From an uncultured Acidobacteriota bacterium (lineage in GTDB: Bacteria; Acidobacteriota; Thermoanaerobaculia; Multivoradales; JBCCEF01): 64,000 nt of DNA. Every line of letters begins with the position of its first letter. The stretch's first letter is position 1. Both the position numbers and the translations under genes were made by a program. The notes beneath the pieces are model-generated. The model searched no databases and had not been told where the DNA came from. It was given only the letters and a program-made list of their open reading frames with translations. Below are positions 57,771 through 64,000 of the stretch, piece by piece. Where the stretch lies: contig CAWJJM010000012.1 of NCBI GenBank assembly GCA_963843275.1, forward strand, positions 623,753 through 687,752, read 5' to 3'.

Positions 57771-59204
57771 GTGACGGAGGGAGCGCCGGTGGCCTCGCCG
57801 GCGGCGCGGACGGCCGCCGGGCGGCGGTGGCCCTCGCGGTGGGCGCAGACCCTGCCTCTGATCTTCTTCGAGCTCTACCTGACCGGCACGGTCGCCGTCT
57901 TCGCCTTCGGCCCGATCCGATGGCAGATCGATGATCCGTGGGCCCTCTACAGCTACCTGCTGTTGGGCCAGCTGTTGATCGCCGCGGGCTATCTGCTCGG
58001 CTCGGCACTGCCGGCGCGGAGGGGGCCGTCCGGTCCCTCCGCCGGTCTCCTGCTGAAGGCCTCCATTCTCATCACGCTCCTGCTCCTCCCGCCGACGCTC
58101 TCGACGCGCAACTTCGCCGGCGTCTCACTGCTCGAGGCGTTGCGCAACCCGGTTCTGCCCTTCCGGGCCAAGCTCGTCGCCGACCTCGACTATCGGTGGC
58201 TGTCGATCCTGCGGACGCTGGCGTCTCCCGGGCTCGCGCTCCTGGTGCCCCTGGGCATCGTCTTCTTCCGTCGCGTGGGCGTCGCATGGAGAGCCCTGTG
58301 GGGGGTGGCGGTGGCCGGGCGGCTCGCCGTCGCCGTCTTGACGGGGCGCGCCTTCGGGATCTTCGACATCGCGCTGGTCGTTCCCTGGATGCTCCTGCTG
58401 AGCCTGGTCCCGGACCGCGCGACGGCGGGCGGCGGCGGAGGGGGACGGTCGGCGCGGCGCGCCGGCTACCGCGGCTCGTTCTGGGCCATCGCGACGGTGC
58501 TGGTCGTCGCTGCGCTCTCCCTCGGGTACTTCTTCCATTCCCGGCGCTCCAGGACGGAGAGCGCGGGGCCAGGGGCCGCCGCCGCGATCACCGGATGGTC
58601 CGAGGAGCTCTACGGGGTCGACCTGCCCGCGGGCGTCGAGCTGGATCTCTACTACCTGGCGCGCTATGCCTCGGTGGGCTACTACGGGCTGGCCGGCTGC
58701 CTGGACCTGCCCTTCGAGTGGACCGGAGGGTTGGGGCATTCGTTGTTCCTGACGCGGTACGCCGAGCTGCTGACACCGCGGCTCGCCTGGGTGCGGGATG
58801 CGACCTACCCCGTGCGGCTCGAGGCTGCGACCGGAACCAGCTCGTTCGCCGCGTGGCACACCGCCTACGCCTGGCTGGCCTCCGACCTGACCTTCCCGGG
58901 CGCCCTCCTGTTCGTCGGGCTGGTCGCGTTCCTGACGGCGCTCGCCTGGTCCGACGCACTCGCCGGGCGCGGTCCGTTCGCGATCGGTTTCGCAGCCCAG
59001 GGGATGCTCTTTCTCTACTACCTTCCGGCCAACAACCTGAGGATGGGCAATCCCGAGGCGGCATTCGCGCTGTACGGGCTGCTCGCCTTCTGGCTGCTGA
59101 CGCGGGGCGCGACGCGGAGCACCGGCCCGGGGAGCGTGGAGCGCGGCGATCGCCAACCCGAGGACCGGCCGGTCGCTCGATCCCTGGCGGAGTCCGGGTC
59201 GTGA
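57771..59204 (+). CDS. polytopic membrane protein, candidate Wzy-like polymerase
   Basis: GTG 57771 has GGAGG 5 nt upstream, in the frame of ORF 57492..59204. It has about 10 hydrophobic segments and one large loop (GWSEELYGVDLPAGVELDLYYLARYASVGYYGL). I recognised no O-antigen-ligase/Wzy motif. The call rests on position between the wzx and GT genes. Confidence 0.45.
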   Translation: MTEGAPVASPAARTAAGRRWPSRWAQTLPLIFFELYLTGTVAVFAFGPIRWQIDDPWALYSYLLLGQLLIAAGYLLGSALPARRGPSGPSAGLLLKASILITLLLLPPTLSTRNFAGVSLLEALRNPVLPFRAKLVADLDYRWLSILRTLASPGLALLVPLGIVFFRRVGVAWRALWGVAVAGRLAVAVLTGRAFGIFDIALVVPWMLLLSLVPDRATAGGGGGGRSARRAGYRGSFWAIATVLVVAALSLGYFFHSRRSRTESAGPGAAAAITGWSEELYGVDLPAGVELDLYYLARYASVGYYGLAGCLDLPFEWTGGLGHSLFLTRYAELLTPRLAWVRDATYPVRLEAATGTSSFAAWHTAYAWLASDLTFPGALLFVGLVAFLTALAWSDALAGRGPFAIGFAAQGMLFLYYLPANNLRMGNPEAAFALYGLLAFWLLTRGATRSTGPGSVERGDRQPEDRPVARSLAESGS

Positions 59205-60606
59205 CCGCTTCGCCGCCACGGCATCCGCGGGTCGCGATCGTCTCCGCCAACCCGATGCGCGACGACACCAACAACGGCATGCTGCTGCGGTCGCTCTTCT
59301 CCGGCTGGCCGAGGGAGCGTCTCGGACAGGTCTTCTTCCGCGTCGTCGTTCCCCACCGCCCCACGGGCGACGACTGCGCGGAGGTCTTCGCCATCGGCCT
59401 CGATGCCGTCGCGCGTCGCGTCGGCCCCCCTCGGGGGAGGGGGGCGAGGAGCCCCGTGCCGGGGGAGGGCGAGAGGCCCTCCCTGCGAAGCCTCGCCATG
59501 CTCGGCCTGGGACGGACCGGCACGCCGCTCCGGTGGGCGCGGTCGCTGGTGCACCTGTGGAGCGCCCGACCGGCGGTGGCGCGGGCCCTGTCGCGGCGGC
59601 TGGCCGAGCTCCGCCCCGACGTCGTCTACGGGTATGTCGGCGACTACCCGGTGACCCGGGCGGTCACGGCTGCCTGTCGAGGGCTCGGCCTGCCGCTGTA
59701 CCTGCACGTCGCCGACGATTTCGTGTCCTCTCTCTACCGTGGGCAGCCGCTCGGCCCGCGCCTCCGGCGAGCTTCCGAGCGGTGGTTCCTCCGCGCGGTC
59801 GAGACCGCCGACGGGCTGGCGGCGATCAGCCCGTTCATGGCGGCCGAGTACGCGCGCCGCTACGGACACGACTGGACGTGGTTCACCACGCTGGTCGATC
59901 CGGACGCCTACGACCCGCAGCCGCCGCCGCCCCGGCGGACGACCCGCCTGGTCTACGCGGGTGGCCTGGGACGCGACCGATGGCGAGCCCTGCAGCGCTT
60001 GGCGGACACGCTCGCGAGGTGGACGGCACGGGACGGGCCCCGGACGCAGATCTCGGTCTATTGCCCGCAGCGGGACGCGACGGCCCATCGCCGGCAGCTC
60101 GAAGGCGCCGGCGTCCGGGTCCATGGCTGGGTCCCCCCGACCGCCTCCCGTCGATCTTCCGCGACGCCGACCTGCTGCTCCACGTCGAGAGCTCCGAGGG
60201 AGCCCTCGTCGAGTACACGCGGCTGTCGTTCTCGACGAAGCTCAGCCAATATCTGATGGCCGGCCGCTGCATCCTGGTCCTGGGCTCCGAGAGGTTGGAG
60301 TCGGGGCGCTTCCTGCAGCGGCTCGGAGCGGGCGTCGCGGTCGAGGGGACGGAGGCGGTCGCGCCGTCTCCCGATCTGGTCGCCGTGCTGACGCACCGCG
60401 AGGCTCGCCTGGGCATGGGGAAGGCCGGCCGGGAGTGGGCGCTGCGGCACCTCGAGGCGACGGCCGGCCGCGAGCGCTTCCGGCGCGAGCTCGTCGCGGC
60501 GGCTCGGCGTCGGGCGGGCGACGGGACCGCGGCGTCGGCGCCGTCCCGGGTGCCGGAATCCGGGGCGGCGTGCGACCCGAGGTCTGCGGCTCGGTCCGGA
60601 TGCTGA
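59201..60606 (+). CDS. GT-B fold glycosyltransferase; one frameshift in the C6 run 60133-60138
   Basis: GTG 59201 overlaps the upstream stop (GTGA). The N-terminal part is in ORF 57938..60256 and the C-terminal part (RLPSIFRDADLLLHVESSEGALVEYTRLSFSTKLSQYLMAGRCILVLG) in ORF 59533..60606. Adding one C restores VHGWVPPDRLPSIF. Confidence 0.7.
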
Positions 60607-61256
60607 TCTCCGGGCGCAGGCGGTTCGTCTTCGTCCACATCCCGAAGACCGCCGGCACCAGCATCACGAGAGCCCTTCTGCCCTTCGCTGCCGGGCCGCT
60701 CCAGCGGTTGCTCGAGAGGGCCCTGCGACGGATCGGGAGGGTACGGATCTCCCCCCGCCCCCTGCCCACGCACGCCACCGCCGAGGAGATCCTCGGGAGG
60801 GTGGGCCGCGAAAGGTACCGCTCGTACTTCTCCTTCGCGGTCGTCCGCAACCCCTGGGACCATCAGGTTTCGCTGTACCGTTACATCCTGAGCACCCCCG
60901 CGCACCGCGAACATCGACTCATCCGCTCGCTGGGTGGCTTCGAGGCCTACCTCCGGTGGAGGTGCTCGCCAGAGACCTGCCCGCCGGAGAGAGCCGAGCG
61001 CGAGGAGACGTTCCGGTTGCAGTCCTCCTACCTGCTCTCGCCCGGCGGCGCCCAGCTCGTCGACTTCGTCGGGCGCTTCGAGCGCCTCGACGAGGACTTC
61101 GCCCGGATCTGCTCCCGGCTCGGGATCACGGCGTCGCTGCCGCGGGTCAACGTGGGGGAGCGCGGCCACTACCGCGGCTACTATGGCGAGGAGACCCGGG
61201 CGCTCGTGCGGCGGGCCTTCGCTCGCGACGTCGACCTCCTCGGGTACGATTTCTGA
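60600..61256 (+). CDS. Sulfotransfer_2-type sulfotransferase
   Basis: ATG 60600 overlaps the upstream stop (ATGCTGA). The 5-prime-PSB-like motif is FVFVHIPKTAGTSI. The 3-prime-PB-like motif is FAVVRNPWDHQVSLYRY. 218 aa. Confidence 0.85.
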   Translation: MLISGRRRFVFVHIPKTAGTSITRALLPFAAGPLQRLLERALRRIGRVRISPRPLPTHATAEEILGRVGRERYRSYFSFAVVRNPWDHQVSLYRYILSTPAHREHRLIRSLGGFEAYLRWRCSPETCPPERAEREETFRLQSSYLLSPGGAQLVDFVGRFERLDEDFARICSRLGITASLPRVNVGERGHYRGYYGEETRALVRRAFARDVDLLGYDF

Positions 61257-61277
61257 GCGAGCTCCTCGCGGAACCCC

Positions 61278-62194
61278 ATGTCTCCCGGCCAGCCAGCGTT
61301 CAGTGTCATCACGCCGGTGTTCAACGGCGAGGCCTTCATCGAGCGCTGCCACTTCCTCTTGTGCGAGCAGACCGTGGAAGACTGGGAGTGGGTGGTGCTG
61401 GACGACGGGTCGACGGACGGGACGTGGGAGGCGGTCGGGGCGCTCGGGGATCCGCGGGTCCGGCGGTTCCGTTTCGAGACCACGGGGCCGCGGCCAGGCT
61501 CGGCGGGGCCTTGCGGCGGGCCCGGGGCCGGTGGATGGCGATCTGGGACGTGGACGACATCGACTTCCCCGACCGGCTGGAGAGGGCGCTCGAGGCACAG
61601 CGCTCCGGCTTCGATTTCTGCTGCTCCTACATCCTGTTGATCGACGACGATCTCGAGGTCGTGGGGGCGCGAGGTTTCACGCGCGACGAGAGCGGGCGGA
61701 CGGCCACCTTCGTGCACGGTACGCTGAGCTGCGACCTGGAGCTGGCCCGTCGGGTCGGCTATTCCCGCAGCGCCGGGGAGCGTCCGGATCATCCTCCCGG
61801 TGTCCACCGGGCGCGGGGAAAGTGGATCCGGGACGCTCTGCTGGCGCACCAGTTCGTCGCCGGGGGCCGGTGGGACAAGGCCTTGGCGACCAATCGGGCG
61901 CGCCGCGCGACCTATCGGACGCTGCGCCGAGAGGGTCTGGTCGACCACGGGAGGTGGACCTCTCTCGGGATCGCGGCCAGGCTCTCGGTGAAGATCCTCC
62001 TCCTGCGTGCGCTCGGGATCGCCCCGGACCTCTACCGGATGACCATTCCACTGCGGACCCGCGGAGATCTCGACCCGGAGTGGAGCTTGAGCGATGAGAA
62101 GGCGGCATTCCTCGCGCTTCTGCGCGAACGGAGCCGCCGCGCCGATTGGCCGGCCGGCCGCTCGCCGTCGACGGAGGGACCCTCGACCCGATGA
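61278..62194 (+). CDS. family-2 glycosyltransferase; one frameshift in the G4 run 61484-61487
   Basis: FSVITPVFNGEAFIERC..VVLDDGSTDGT is in ORF 61278..61640. Adding one G gives RFETTGAAARLGGALRRARGRWMAIWDVDDIDFPDRLE, which continues in ORF 60956..62194. Confidence 0.75.
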
Positions 62195-63705
62195 CCGAGA
62201 CCGAACACCTCACCGGCGATCCGGCTTCGGCCGTGGCCGCTCCACGGACCTCGCACGTCTCGCGCGGTTGCTCGGCGTCCGGTGGGCGCTGATCCTCGCC
62301 GTCGCGCTGCTCTGCTGCGGTGCCGTGCTGGTTTCTCTGCTGCTGAGGCCACGCACCTATCGGGCGACGGCGACGGTGATGGTCGCCCCGACTCGTTCTC
62401 GTCCTCGCTGCGACCCGACGAGCTCAGCCTGCAGGCGTACCAGCAGCTCCTGGAGTCCGAAGGCGTCGTCTCGGCGGCCATCGACCACCTCCAACGGGCC
62501 GGGCGGCTGGGGCCAGGCGAGAGGCCGCGCGTCGGCGCGGCCCTGCGTTCGCGGATCCTCCTGTCGAAGGACGGAAGCCACAGCCTCGCGCCGCTGATCG
62601 AGATCTCGGCGCGGAGCGACGATGCGGAGACCGCGGCGGACCTGGCCAACACCTGGGCGCAGGTGTTCATCGAGCAGGCTGGCGAGATCGTCACCGGGAG
62701 CCTCGAGCCGTCGTTGCGCGTGGTCGAGAGCACCTACCGCGAACAGCGGGATCGCGTGGGGGAGCTGGAGTCGGCGCGCCGGACGCAGGCGGATCGTTTC
62801 CGCGCCGGGATCGACGAGCTCACCGAGGCGTGGGAGCGGCGCCGGTTCGCCGAGCGCCAACGGTGGGACCGCAAGCTCGTCGAGCAACGCCAGGAGAGCG
62901 AGGATCTCCTGGCGCAGTACCAGGAGGAGACACGGCGGGTGATGGCCGCCGCCGCTCCGGCTGCCGCTTCGGCGGGGCAGGCCGGCAGTGCGCCGCCCTC
63001 GATCGCCGAGCTCGTCGTTCTCCGCACGCACCTGGCCCAGGCGTCGGCCCTCGTCGTCCTCGACAAGTCGATCACCGACGATGCGCTCTGGATGAAGGCG
63101 CCGCCCTCCGACGCCGACTCCGGCGGTGTTCCCCGGTCGCGGCGGAGAGTCTGCGGACCCAGGAACAGAACCCCGTCTATCAGGATCTCGAACGGAAGGT
63201 GGCGAGCATCGAGTCGGAGATCGCCGCCGGGCTGCCGCCGGGCGACGGTGCGCTGCGTGACGGCATGAGCGCTCTCGAAGGGCAGCAGAGGGCGCGGAGT
63301 GCGGGTCTGGCGAAGCTGCAGCTCGAGCGAGCTCTGCAGGCCGAAGAGGTCCGCCAGCGCCGCTCCAGGGAGCTGGGGACGATGAGCCGTCAGCAGAACC
63401 GTGAGCTCGCGCAGAAGGTGGCGGAGCGCGACGCGCTGCTCGGAGCCCTGGATCGTGACCTCGAGGCCGGCGCGGGCCCTGCTCGCGGACCTCGCCCAGG
63501 CGAAGAACCAGGCCGACCTCGCCGCGGCGCAGAAAGACCTCACGGACCTCCACGTCGCGGTGGCGGCGCTCCCCCCTCGCGACCCGAGCCCGTCCGGGGT
63601 CTCGGCCTGTTTCCTGCCATGGCCCTGATCGGCGGCTCGTTGCTGGGGTTGCTGCTCGCCGTCGTGCTCGAGGCCGGGGCGGGACCGAAGGCCGACCCGG
63701 CGTGA
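62191..63705 (+). pseudogene. polysaccharide co-polymerase (Wzz/GumC-like chain-length determinant), frame-disrupted in this assembly (about 5 indels)
   Basis: ATGA overlap with the GT2 gene. The N-terminal Wzz pattern is DLARLARLLGVRWALILAVALLCCGAVLVSLLLRPRTYRATATVMVAP. A long coiled-coil middle follows, then a C-terminal TM (GLGLFPAMALIGGSLLGLLLAVVLE). The pieces lie in ORFs 62094..62597, 62282..63268, 62830..63705 and 63401..63628. Confidence 0.65.
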
Positions 63706-64000
63706 AGGCGACCTTCGGCGGGATCGCCGGCGCGGTGCGGCGGAGGGTCCTGCAGCGGTCTCCCGCCGCGCGGATCGCGCGGGCCCGGGCGATCCTGCGA
63801 CGTTGTGGCTACGCAGGGCGTCCGCTGACGTGGGGTTCGGAGAGCCGGGCGGTCGTCCCCGGGTTCAGCACCGACGGCGTGGGCATCCAGGCGATGATCC
63901 GGATCTGCGCCCTGCTGCTGGCCCGTCGGGCGGGTGCGACCTACGTCCATTTCCCCTTCATCGAGGTCCGCGCACAAGGACGTCGACGCGAAGGGCCGGA
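63702..64000 (+). CDS. hypothetical protein, 5-prime partial view (runs off the window)
   Basis: GTG 63702 overlaps the upstream stop (GTGA). The frame is open to the window end (VKATFGGIAGAVRRRVLQRS...GVGIQAMIRICALLLARRAGATYVHFPF). No family recognised. Confidence 0.3.
   Translation, partial: MKATFGGIAGAVRRRVLQRSPAARIARARAILRRCGYAGRPLTWGSESRAVVPGFSTDGVGIQAMIRICALLLARRAGATYVHFPFIEVRAQGRRREGP

Noticed and set aside
60133-60138. The poly-C tract as a phase-variation switch of the glycosyltransferase.
   Set aside because: The tract is short (6-7 nt). The same missing-base signature occurs in several unrelated genes in this window. It is kept only as a minor alternative in the homopolymer finding.

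Overview
Very GC-rich (roughly 70 percent by eye) chromosomal segment of a Gram-negative bacterium. A TIGR03436-type VWFA protein, a CRTAC1/ASPIC-UnbV lipoprotein, korAB and several sigma-54 elements fit an Acidobacteriota-like lineage, but that placement is inference only. I can support about 50 protein-coding genes, one tRNA-Pro(CGG) and a few promoters, terminators and hairpins. I saw no rRNA, CRISPR array, transposase, integrase or phage genes. Positions 1-39.6 kb carry lemA, three tandem HlyD-type adaptors plus a MacB-type permease without a nucleotide-binding domain (NBD), an AidB-like acyl-CoA dehydrogenase, hemE and hutH. They continue with an FHA-AAA+ regulator, a TerC-family gene, fmt-rsmB, hup, moaC-DUF1343, a GGDEF cyclase, a VIT1/Omp85 pair and korAB. 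The same stretch ends with a long GreA-domain protein, a rodZ-centred cluster with two paralogous repeat proteins, DnaJ-TPR, PP2C, a VWFA gene and a fadD-fadB-like pair. Positions 39.7-64 kb carry a candidate sigma-54 operon (OMP, sensor kinase, NtrC-type activator, CRTAC1). It abuts a large polysaccharide locus: a 1573-aa GT2-methyltransferase-GT-GT2 megaenzyme, GT4 enzymes, Wzx, a Wzy-like protein, a sulfotransferase, a GT2 and a PCP/Wzz. That locus is split by tRNA-Pro and a POT transporter. Many neighbouring genes are coupled by 4-nt GTGA/ATGA start/stop overlaps. Roughly 25 frame disruptions are concentrated in 34.2-39.6 kb and 59.2-63.7 kb. Most junctions I traced lie in short G/C homopolymers, so I treat them mainly as assembly indels rather than biology. 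The very long Arg/Gly/Pro/Ala-rich ORFs antisense to recognisable genes in the ORF track are GC-driven shadow ORFs.
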